Assembly: GCA_964234715.1 (NCBI GenBank)
Contig: OZ174275.1
DNA: 64,000 nt
From: Podarcis melisellensis
Lineage: Eukaryota
Reading direction: 5' to 3' (one strand)
Shown here one piece after another: positions 9,879-20,879 of this stretch. The translations under genes were made by a program, and so were the position numbers. The notes below the pieces were generated by a model that saw only the letters and a program-made list of their open reading frames with translations, did not search any database and had not been told where the DNA came from. Numbering within the stretch: the stretch's first letter is position 1; each line of letters starts with the position of its first letter.

Positions 9879-12328
9879 AGAATTAATATTTGTTGCTTTT
9901 TTCATAAAAGTGACGGAAAGCAGCTTGCGCTGTAAAAACCACCATTAAAAACAAATCTAAGAAAAAGAATAACATCACGGCATAAAATGCTCATTGTATA
10001 TAAAAGAGCAGATCCAAGTCAATCTGCCCCACTAAAAATGTGAGTGGAAGAAGACACCCCAAACATAGTTAAGTACTCTCCCAAATGAAGGGCCAAAAGC
10101 CTAGGAGAATAAAAAAAATGTTTTTGCCTGGGACCTAAAAGCAGATAACGCAACCAGGCATGCCTCCCTAGGGAAAGCACTCTACAAACAGGGAGCCACC
10201 ATTGAGAAGGCTTGCTTCAGTCTGGTCACCCCACAAACTTAACCCAGCTTCTTCTCACAACTAGCACATCCTCAGCGAGCTATTTGAGGCACCACCTGAC
10301 CCAGGAAAATTTTGCCGTCTTTTTAGCTTTGAGCTCTTTCACTAGATCAGTTCTCAGCCTGTACCAGTAGAGGTCAGGGTAAAAGGAATTTCCTAATAAT
10401 TACTGGATTACCTCCCACTTAATAGTTCTTTATATTATAAAAAGGCCTGCAGAGCCCTTCTGGTGCCACAGAGTCCCCCCGCCATTTGACATTAGACTTG
10501 AAAGAAGCATTCTGTTGCACTTACTAATAGAATGTAGCATGTGCTTGTGCTTAGTGCTCACAGCAGTTCTCAGGTTTGCAAATGATCCCAAAAGGGATGA
10601 TGACCACTTGCTTTAGTGAGAATTTTGGAAGGCAAACATGTAATGAACAGCTGATCAATGACAGTACAGAGGAGGAATTGGGAAGCATTATGCAGAGAAA
10701 ACACAGCAGGGCAGAGGAGTCTGGGTTGGGGGCCTGACCCGTTTTCTAAATGCAGTGGGATAAAACTTGGCAGAGCTTTTGAAACAAGCAGAATGCCTAA
10801 CATGGTCACAGAAAACAAAGATGATTTAGTTACTTATCTTGTAAAATTTATGCACCTCTTGATTGTTAAAAAAACACACAAACAACCTCAGAGCAGTTTG
10901 AAGGCGGAGAAAAACTTGTCAAGAGGAGCCACAAACAAAAGTAATTCCCTTTCTATTCCCTGGCAGGTAACTGCGACAACAAGGTGTTGATAAACGTTAG
11001 AAAGCCACTTATAGTGAAACTCAACTGGCGAGGTTTAAGCTACAAATTCGGAGCTCGGGGAAAGGACTTTGCTGTTGGAAACAAGAATCCTGACGCATAC
11101 TGGGTTGTCCCTCTCAACACAGACGAGCGTTTGTTGGAAACCTACCGCATCTACAACTCCTATTCCGACCTGCTGCTCTACAAAAACCAAATAGAGAAAA
11201 GCCTTTCTCAATTTGTTGGGTTCACCTGGAACTACACTAACTGTGGGCAGGGAAGCGGAACTATTTTGTACAACGGCAGCTTCTATTACAACTGCTACAA
11301 CTCCAGGAACCTGTGCAGGCTGGATGTGGCAACCAGTAAGGTCCACCGCAAGGCGGAATCAATTGGCAGGAATCAATTGGCAAGACTTTTGATTTCTCCG
11401 GGGATGAGAATGGACTGTGGCTCATTTACTCCATGGAAAAAAACAAGGGGAAAATAATGATTGGGCAGCTGGATCCCAATACTCTGACAATAGTCAAGTC
11501 ATGGCAAACCTCACTGTACAAGCCTAAGGCAACCAGCACCTTCATGATCTGTGGGGGTGATGTATGCCTTGATGCGGGTGACTGAACACAACGAGAAGAT
11601 CTTTTACAAATATGACACTAACACAGCCATAGAAGGCTCTATGGACATCATCCTGGAAAAGCTCACAGGCACACCGCAAAGCATAAGCTACAACCCCAAT
11701 GACCACAAGCTATACATGTACAATGATGGCTACCTGGTCAGTTATGATGTGATATTCCGACGCGTACCCCTGTTCCAAAAGAGGAGCGTGCTCAGTGTGA
11801 AAGAGCCAGATACTTTTGCGATGGTCGATAAAAACCACTTCAGCTCACGAGACTTTGCCATTGCCTGAAAGAGAAACAAGGCCAGGCACGCACAACATTT
11901 ACCTATTGGCAAATACATATTTTAAATGGTAAAAGTCTTGATTGTAAGGCCAGCAGATAGATTCTATCTTTAAAGGGTATAATTAAACAAGCCCTTTTCT
12001 TCACAGTGCAGTCAAGTGTCTACCTGTGTGAAGAGAACATGTCACAGGGTTGGCTGCTCTCACCATTGAACCTCCACTGCCTTTCCCTCGCACCAAATGA
12101 TTCTGGCAGTAACAGGATTAGGGCTTTGGTGTGGAATCTGCTATAGATCGTGCCACTGAGTAACTAGGAGTTCATAAACAGCAGACATACACCCTGAAAT
12201 CACCTTGCGTGTGTTGTGTTTGTGTGTGTCTGTCCCCTCCGGCTAGTTATGACACCTTTTGGGCCTCTCCTCAGGTGTTAACATTTGCCATCTGGAGGAC
12301 ATAAGTTCCACAACACCTGAGCTTCACA

Positions 12329-12334
12329 TTTATT
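12329..12334 (-). terminator. Candidate BCS1L polyadenylation signal
   Basis: AATAAA on the minus strand about 200 nt past the stop. A second copy lies at 12377-12382. Confidence 0.45.
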
Positions 12335-12531
12335 CATTTTCAAGAGTTGCATTGTAGGAGTTATGTTGGGTTGCTCTTTATTTTCTTTACAAAATGGTGG
12401 CCTCACTGAGGTGGACATGTGGATGGCATCACCCTCATGATTATCTCGTCCCACCTAAACAAATCCATGCATGCAAACAACCCTTTTCCTGGGGAAGCCA
12501 TATGCAAAGCGGTCTCGGGGTTTGTTCAACG

Positions 12532-14196
12532 TCAGGATATAAGAGCTTGCACGTTCTTAAGGGCTGCGTCCGGATCCGCCTTGTGTAGCATGAAGTGGCC
12601 TTGGACTTGCGCGGCACTGATCCGATCAGAGGCAGACACGGCCTGTTTGGCAAACTCCTCGGCCGCAGCTGCTGGCTGGTCTGGGTAGAACCTCTGGAAC
12701 ATGCGCCCGAGCTGCCACTCTGAGCAGTACCCCACGTACTGCTTCAGGTCCACCCGGCCAGGGCGAACTAGGGCTGGATCGAGCCTGCAGGGAAAGAGGA
12801 GAAGAAAAATGAGGCTCAGCAAATGCTCAGGTGGGAAATATGGTTCTCTATGCTCCTCTCACTTGGGGTATCATCTCCTTGTTCTCTCTCCAACCCCAAG
12901 AAGATACAGGGCTAGGGGAATCTGCTCTCCCCTTTATTTTTTTGAGCTACTCTCTAAAAGAATATAGAGTAACAGTGCCTTGTAATTTAACTACACCCAC
13001 GTCTTGCTGCACTCACCCATCATGCTCCTCTTTCTCCATACCTGCCAAGTTACCCATCCCCTCCTACAATCTCAGAGGAGCCTGCATGGAACCAGGAACA
13101 GTAAACAAGGACAGAACCAGATCTTCAGCTTCTGTGTTAAATGCTGCAAACCAGCATGACCAAAGGAGGCAGAAGCCCATATGTATATATACCCCAGACC
13201 ACTCCCTAGCAAGCATGACCCCAGCGTTACCCAAAGCCTTACCCAGCCAGTTTTAACTGGCTGACCCTGTCTGCTGAGCATTTGCTCTTCTACCCTGCAC
13301 ACGACTCCTTCAGCACCAGGCTTACATGGCTGGCAGAGTCCTATGCTTGTGGGAGAGGATGTGTCACAGGTCTTGGAGACTACAAGAGCCCCAAGATAAG
13401 ATTCTCTTCCGTCTTCTCCTATAGTATCATCTTCTGGAACAGGAAGTGTGTCTTCATTCCTGCTGCCTTCCTCCTTTTTATACTTAAAATAGTTACCAGC
13501 TGGTCCCCAGAAAGGCAGATTTTGCCTCATAAAGACAGCACTTCCAAGGGGTGAGACACAAACTGCTCTCCTCTGTTACTCACTGCAATCTCCTTCTTGA
13601 CTGAGTTATAAGGAAGCTCATGGAGTTGCCTTGTGTGAGCTAGGGATGGACGGATCAGTTTATTTGGGGTCCATGTCCAAAGTGTTACAGGTGTTAAGTC
13701 TGCTCTGTTGCTTTTCCACTTTAAGATCTGTATTTTTTTAATTTAAAAAATCCATACAAAAATTCGTATTTAAAAATGCATTTTATTATAAATGCATATT
13801 TAAATAGTATTTATCAGGGTATGCATCTCTAAATGCATTTCCTACTAAAAAATAAATAAAAATCTTAATGCATTTTGGGAACCAAGGACTGTATTGCAAA
13901 ATTTGGAGGAGTGGGGAAGCTTAAGGATAATTGTGAATTCGTTTGGGAGGTACAAATTTGGCTAGCTTGCTTGAAAATGCAGACAAAACAAAACTCTCCT
14001 CCACCCCTAGCTTGTCTTCACCTCAAAAACACCAATGGAGACATCTTAGGCACTGTGTTACTTGAGGAATCCTTGGTCCCACCAAGGGAAGTGAACCCTT
14101 TGGATTGAAGTGGTCTACCACCAAAGGGACTCCATTTGCAGCCTTCCTCCCAGCCACTGAGAGGTGAAGTAGGCTGATTTGCTGGAATACTGGTCC

Positions 14197-14235
<39 letters not shown>

Positions 14236-17200
14236 CTGTTTCCCTGGCAAAACAACAGTCCTGCTTCTGTCTGCGTTTGGGCTACCGAGGGATTCAAAAA
14301 TCTGCCTCAGGGGATACCTAGCTTCTCCTCGTGGCATGCTTTGGCACCGAATGTGAGAGGGTTGAGTAGAATGGGTTGGGTGAGGTTATCATGGTGTTAG
14401 TGTCCTCACCACATGCCGGCTGGTGGTTTCAATGCGTCACCAGTGTAGTACTTCATGTTGTGAGGGGAAGGTGATGAAGGAATTTCTCTATGGGACTGTC
14501 AGTTGTTGCTACATCGTCTCCTTCCCCTCCCCCTTTCCCCTTCCTACTTCTGTTACAACAGTTTTGATTTAGCTGCTAGAGAAATGTAGAATCCTAAACC
14601 ACTGTAGACTCCAGCCTCTCAGCCACTACCTTCCTTGGGTGCCATTAAATGATCATTCCCAAGCAAAAGGTTATCTTCTGCAGCTAACAACCTCTCTATC
14701 TGCCCCCATTTTCTGTGCAATGCTTCTGACCTGTCCACATAATTGGTGGTCATGAATACGATCCTTGCTTCGGAGGAAGCCACACCATCCAATGCGTTGA
14801 GAAGGCCACTGAAAGTCAGGCGTCCCATGCCTTGGTATGCGCTGGGGTCTGGAGGGAAACACAGAGGCACAGAGACAGCTCAGAGGGAGACACTATAGGT
14901 ACAGTTGTGACCAAGGGCTGCCCAAATTCTGTCTAGGTTTATAGCCTTCCAGGGGAAGGGCAACAATCCCACTGTTGTGGTCTTATGTTACAGTAGTACT
15001 AGTTTTATGCTGCCTGCCTGATGTGCAGTGGTTTGCGAAATGTTCCTGACACACTGCTGTCCAAATAGATACATGAAGGGGTCAGAGAAAATCATGCCAC
15101 CTGGTGGCAAAATGCAAGTCGATAGAAAGCAGGACGATAAACAGTCAGGAGCCTATGTCAAAAGAAGGCTGGCAAAAAGAAGTGCCTCTAGGATCTCTGC
15201 TGGCGAATCTCTTCCACAATGCAAAAGATGTAAACCTGTCCCCAAGCGCCTGTCTTGTTTCAAGTCTCTCTTTGTATATGGATAACTGATTTGGAATAGG
15301 TGTCACATTAAAGCCTGCAGATAATTATTTATCATTATATTTATTCAATCTATTGGTAGCTTGCTACGTAAAAAGTATCGAAGTAACTCACAAAATTTTA
15401 AAGACATAAAGCAAAAAAAAAACTCAATAAGAAGAGAGCAATACGTTGCAATTAAAAAGAAACTGTACAAAAATCCAGAGAACAGACACAGTAAAGCAGC
15501 AGGGGGGAAAACTTGGCAACAAAGCATATCATCCAGCAAATCATCACCATCTGTCAAATACCTGAGTTAAGTTTTTACCTGGTGCCAAAAGAATTTTAAT
15601 GATGGCCCCAGGAGGACCCCACTGTGAAGAGCATTCCACAAGTGGGGAGCCCTGACTGGAACACCCTCTTCCTTGTCACCACACTCCAGACCTCCCTCAG
15701 AGTGGGCATTAGTAGGAGGATAAAAAATCGAAGGGTCTGGGTAGGTTCGTAAGGGAAGACATTTTCCAAAAGACATTGGTGTCCTGAGTCATTGACCCCT
15801 CTTTGTCAGCCACCAGGTCACCAACCCGAATCCCATTGCAAAGTGCAGCTTGGAGGAAGGAGCTACTATTCAGCTCTCATTCCCCCCACTCTGAATGAAC
15901 AATTAGCTTGGGAAAGTTGCTGCGGTGCAGCACTTAATCAGGATGCCTCCACAGAGTTACAACACAGGGGTGATGAACGCTTGGTCCCAGCTCAGTCAGA
16001 GGCAGCAGAAAAGGGCAGCCTGGAACAAAAGAGTGGGGAGGCGCCATCTGCCTGTCACTCACTTTCGGCAGCAAGATCCCGGCTGACGAAAGCAGCGTCC
16101 ACGTCCTCCAGGAGGATGATGCTCTGTTGAGGAGCTACGCTCAGGAGGTGGTTAAGACGATCGTCAGAGAGGCTGCGATCGCTCAGGCTCAGGAGACAGA
16201 TGCTGTACTGAAGTTCTCCAGCAAGGGCTGTGCTGTGATAGACAAAGGACAATGTTTCCACTGAAGAAAACTATGACAACACCTTGTGCAAAGGTGTAAG
16301 CTGTAGGGAGTGATTCCTGACCAGGAGCTACACAAGGTGCCCAGGGAGGTACCCTTAGAGACTGTATCCATGGTCAACAACTTTGAGAAAAGGGATTTGG
16401 GGGGGGGGAGGAAAGCTGAGGACATGGTACTCACATGAAACTGCTCTTTCCACAACCTGGGGGCCCGTACAGCAGGTATCCTCTCCGATAGGGGATTCCT
16501 ACAGACAAAGAGGCTAGTCAAAAGGCAGAAAACTCAGCCTATTCCAACTACTTATGAAATCTGAGCTACCATCATCACACCCGAGAATAAGAATGAGCTG
16601 ATCGATGATTCCTTGAGCTCACTCCATAGTGGCCAATTCCAGCTGCTGATAAAGAAATATATTGCACAGGGCTCTGACAGAGTACCCAATTTCCTGCCAT
16701 CCTAAAGGTTTAGGGCACCCTGAACAAAAGCACTACTTTAACCAACTTGGCAAACAGTTGATACAAAATATTGTGGCAAATGCCAGAAACTTAGTGAACG
16801 TTTGGTTTATCAGTACTTGGCTGTGCAGAGACTAGCCAGGACAGTCTCTCTCGTAGAAAGTAAGGGATAGTTCCTAATTCTCAAGGATTGGGACTATGCA
16901 GGGGCTGTTGTAGAGACTGCAATGAGGTAAGAAGAGGCTTCCCGCTGCACTCATAAGAAGAGAGAGGCATCATCACAGTTGGGAGTCCAAAGCAGGAAGA
17001 AGGCGCAAACAGTTTGGAAATGACAGGGATGCAGAAGGCAGCAGAGATGCCTTTGTGCGCAATAGCAGAGGGCATTGTGAATGATAATCTGGGCTAAATA
17101 ATGGGATACGCTGGCTCCATAAGTGGCATCCCACCTGCCTTAATTTAGCTCATAAAGGAAAAGCTCAGGTTGTGAGGGTATCTGAATGTCACTCCCTGAA

Positions 17201-18880
17201 AAGTAAACTCACCTCGATCAATGTACCACTTGGGGTTACCAGTGAACTCTTTCACATCCTGCACAATTCTCTCGGACACTCCTTTCTCAAGCACTACAGA
17301 GGTGAGCGGACGCCGACGTCGTGGGAAACCAAATGGCCGCCATTCAGCCCCCATGGCTGTGTACATCACCGTCTTTCCTTCTTGCTGCCTCAGAGCCAAT
17401 TCTTTGGCTGCAGAGAAAGGAACAAAGCTGAGGAAAGGAAACTGGTTAGAGAGCCAGTGTGGTGTAGTGGTTAAGAGTCTCGTAATCTGGGGAACCGGGT
17501 TCGCGTCTCCGCTCCTCCACATGCAGCTGCTGGGTGACCTTGGGCCAGTCATACTTCTTTGAAGACTCTCAGCCCCACTCACCTCACAGAGTGTTTGTTG
17601 TGGGGGAGGAAGGGAAAGGAGAATGTTAGCCGCTTTGAGACTCCTTCGGGTAGTGATAAAGCGGGATATCAAATCCAAACTCTTCTAACTGCACATCTGG
17701 ATACAGATGGGAAAGAGGTAGAGGGAAATCGCCTGTCTGCTAAATATAACAAAGAAGCAAGGAAGCATCACCAAAGAGAATGTGTCAATTTGGAGGATAG
17801 CCCCAGCTCTAAGTAGGGGTACTTAAGGAACTGGAGTTCTGTGAACTCTGATGCAGAGTGATATAATTTGTACCTCCTGGAATCAGGTGCAGAACAGAAC
17901 ATAACTAGCCATCAGACTTTGGCCTTCTCTAAATTTTGAAATACAGTTTTCAGTTCAAAAAATGCCCAAAGGCATGCAAAATGCATAATTTGGAATAAAA
18001 TACATTTAGAAATCCATACAATGAGCTACAATCATAGCTACTTCATAAAAATATATTTAGGTATGTATTTGAACATGATTTTTTGCATATATTTTTTTTA
18101 AATTGCAGATTAATGCAGAAACAGGATGGAATGGACTTACTAAAGAACACATGTAAAATAAACCTGGGCCCAGAAATAGACTGATCTATTCATCCCTAGT
18201 GCCAACATCATCATTAAATGTATTACCCACCCTTGCCAGCAGGCACCACTCCAAACAAGGAGAGCTATTGTACCTTCCTGCAGGATGTTGAAGAAAACTT
18301 CTCGGTTGCTACCGATTGCTGTGAAGGTGACAGATTCCCAGGGGGTGCCCGTATGCAGGTCAATCATTTGTTTCTCCCGGTTTCGTTCAATGCGGATCCA
18401 CTTCCTTTTATACCTGGAAGCAGAACAGGGAACATGTGAACAGGAACTGGTGGTGGGGAGACAACTGGATGAGCAAGCGTGCAATATTCATGACCACCAC
18501 TTCCTTATTAGCCTTGCAATACTTCTGCCCATCCCAAAGACCTTCCATGGCCTCACTTACCAAATGAAATGGTTCCCAGGGCTGGGGATAAAGTCAAACT
18601 TGGTACTGATACGGCCACTCTCATGCTGCAGGTATGAGGTCTCCACGCTCAGGTGCTGGGTGTGCTTTGCATGGTGAGAGATCCAGCTCAGCAGCCAGTG
18701 ATAACTCTTGTCCTTGCTTGGCACCTCTAGGGTGATCATACAATGCCGCCTGAAAGCCACCAAGCCAAGCTGTGCCCCTTTACGGGCCAGGGCCAAGGCT
18801 GTACCTACACCCACCAGGCCAAAGCCTGCTCCGAAGTATGGATTGTCCTTCAGGGCCGAGACAAAGTCAGAAAAGGGCAT
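12532..18880 (-). CDS. BCS1L: Mitochondrial chaperone BCS1 (AAA ATPase, complex III Rieske protein insertion), 419 aa. Exons 18880-18561, 18413-18274, 17407-17213, 16498-16435, 16232-16063, 14848-14731, 12784-12532
   Basis: Starts [26 protein letters not shown]. Contains Walker A GPPGCGKS, Walker B IILLEDVD and SRH MTTN...[12 protein letters not shown]. All introns are GT-AG. Exon lengths 320+140+195+64+170+118+253=1260 nt. Confidence 0.98.
14200..14233. repeat. (GT)n microsatellite
   Basis: About 17 GT units in the last BCS1L intron. Confidence 0.95.
17451..17686 (+). mobile_element. tRNA-derived SINE (Squam3-type), antisense inside a BCS1L intron
   Basis: A-box gtggtgtagtggttaagag, B-box-like gggttcgcgtctcc, body ctgggtgaccttgggccagtc, and tail aaatccaaactcttct. 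Confidence 0.8.
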
Positions 18881-19071
18881 TGTTGTGGGTGGGGAAATAA
18901 CTCCAGTGCTAAAGAGCTATTCCTAGCTGCATTTCTTCTACACACCACAACAACACATGGAGAGGAAGAGAAAAAAACAACAAATTAATTATGAAGATAT
19001 GGGTGGCAAGTATATTGGTCACCTAAATGCTTCTTCCAGAAGACGAGCTTTATTGACAAATTCTCTTTAAC

Positions 19072-19205
19072 CTGGGTGTGAGGAACTTTGACCCTCCAGA
19101 TGTTGCTGAACTACAACTCCTTCCCTGGCCATTGGCTATGCTTGCCGGGGCTGATGGGAGTTGTAGTTCAGCAACATCTGGAGAGCCAAAGTCTCACCAC
19201 ACCTG
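19072..19205. mobile_element. Palindromic hAT-type MITE (degenerate copy of the 21223 family)
   Basis: ctccagatgttgctgaactacaactcc...gggagttgtagttcagcaacatctggag inverted arms. Ends approximate. Confidence 0.7.
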
Positions 19206-19853
19206 CTTTAGCCTCTTCCATGCTACCTTATTTTAGCAAAATAAATACCCTGGCAGATCCCTCCCCACTGGAAAACCAGAATACAAGTAATTATGCATAC
19301 ATACTCACAAATTCAGCTTCCCTCTCTATAGTAGTTTGAAAGATTGCAAAGCAAGGCTGCCACCATTTTGGCTTGTGTAAAGAAAACTGGATATTCCCTA
19401 GCTTGCATTTGTCGGTGTAATCTGGAAAAATTGGTGAAATTGCACTCTGTGCTTGGGCCGTGTCTTCAGCAGCCCATTCCCCATGCTGTTAAGTTAGTAC
19501 ACCGGCTTCACTGGGTGGCTTAAAATAGTCGAAGGCTAAATGCCTGGAGCGTCACTCATCCATCTTCTCTTTCTCTAATGTGTGCAGAGATGGGTATAAA
19601 GCCAAGGCTGCAGCAGCATCGGCAGGAGCATGAGGTATTCACTGAGAAGAGGTTTTGCTCGGTGCAAGGTGCCAGCAGAGAAGCTGAAGGTTACATGCTG
19701 TGTGGTTCCCTATAGCCTGCTGAGCTTGTTAGGATTCTTGCTCCGTGCTTGCAATCATGGGATTGTTTTATGTTACATGACGGTGTATGTTTTCATTCCA
19801 CAGTGTGGGAAGTGGCGGAGACGGAGCTAGTATGGTAAAGTTTTACTTCTAAT

Positions 19854-20094
19854 TAGTCAAACCTTGGTTGTCAAACATAATCCATTCTGGAAGACCGTTC
19901 AACTTCCGAAATGTTTGATAACCGAGGTGTGGCTACCGATTGGTTGCAAGAGCTTCTTGCACTCAAGTGGAAGCTGTGTCAGACGTTTGGGTTCCAAAAA
20001 ACATTCGAAAACCGGAACATTTACTTTCAGGTTTTCAGCATTTGGAAGCCAAAGCATATGGTAACGGAGGTGTTTGGGAACCAAGATTTGACTG
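19854..20094. mobile_element. Tigger/pogo-like MITE
   Basis: TIRs agtcaaaccttggtt...aaccaagatttgactg followed by TA. Internal sequence resembles the 44336 element. Confidence 0.7.
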
Positions 20095-20879
20095 TATAGT
20101 AGAATAGTTCATGATGTACCAGCATCTCTTAAAAGTTTATGTAGCTAGGGTGTTTATGCTTATCTTAAACACAATAAACACTTTATACTTTGAATTGAAC
20201 TGAATGGGGAAGGAGTCTTCTTAACCAGGAATTCTATCTGCTTTCTCCACATCATGCATAATTTTATATAACATGTTCCCCTTTACCTGTTTTTTTCCTG
20301 AACTAACGTCCCCACCCCCACCATTGTAGCTCTTTATCATAGGGAAGTTGCTCAATTTGGACTGCCCTTTTCTAGCTCAAATGCTTAGGCATGCCCAATG
20401 AAGTTTTTGATTTCTTGGGCAGACCCCCTCCCCATGCCACCACAATCAAATTTTGAAAGGTCACTCAAAAGTAGCTTGTTGTGTGGCCCAGAAAGCTAGA
20501 GAAACATAACTCGGCAACTAGTTACTCCGCCAAATACATGGGGGCCGAATAGTAAATCAATCATGTTTTGCAGCTCATATTCACTTTGAATTTCTTCTGA
20601 GTTAGCATTTTGTCTGCTCTGTGGAGCTTGCTGTTTATTTCCAATAGCATTGGTGGAAAGTAGAAACTGAACTGATGCTCTCTGAAAAATTTCATTACTT
20701 GTGTGTGTGTTTTTTGGAAAGTCAGCCACAGCCCAAATGTTGGTTGCTGCTCTGGAAACATCTGCCTACCACGACTAGAGATAGGAAAATTTATAATACT
20801 TTTCTCCACACTTTTAAAAGGGGTGCGATGCTGAGGAGGAAACCTCTCTATGTGGTTAAGTCCCATTGAGTCCAATGGA

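Larger units (their letters stand above)
7604..11868 (+). pseudogene. Olfactomedin-family gene (OLFM4/tiarin/amphibian-olfactomedin-like), frameshifted in the last exon as assembled. Exons 7604-7777, 8723-8932, 9602-9773, 10967-11868
   Basis: Exon 7604-7777 encodes KCICSIELPDTTFP...YEEEVSK (OLFM4: CQCSVSLPDTTFP...FEKELSK). Exons 8723-8932 and 9602-9773 encode a coiled coil with LEKFDENNVLLTHREIATLKKQLADCE. The last exon encodes the OLF domain (LNWRG, YWVVPLNTD, GQGSG, DENGLW, FMICG, YNPNDHKLYMYNDGYL). Splice sites are canonical with phases 0,0,1. Lesions lie at about 11352-11368, 11390 and 11556. No signal-peptide exon was found. Confidence 0.88.

Noticed and set aside
9593-9886. His-rich C-terminus (HYHHHHYHHHYHRH) on the 9593 ORF
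   Set aside because: It comes from reading through the donor at 9774 into an intronic (CAT)n microsatellite.
13640-14010. AT-rich aaatgcat-containing segments (also ~17880-18140 and ~50310-50760)
   Set aside because: Probably decayed copies of a common repeat, but the ends and family could not be defined by eye.
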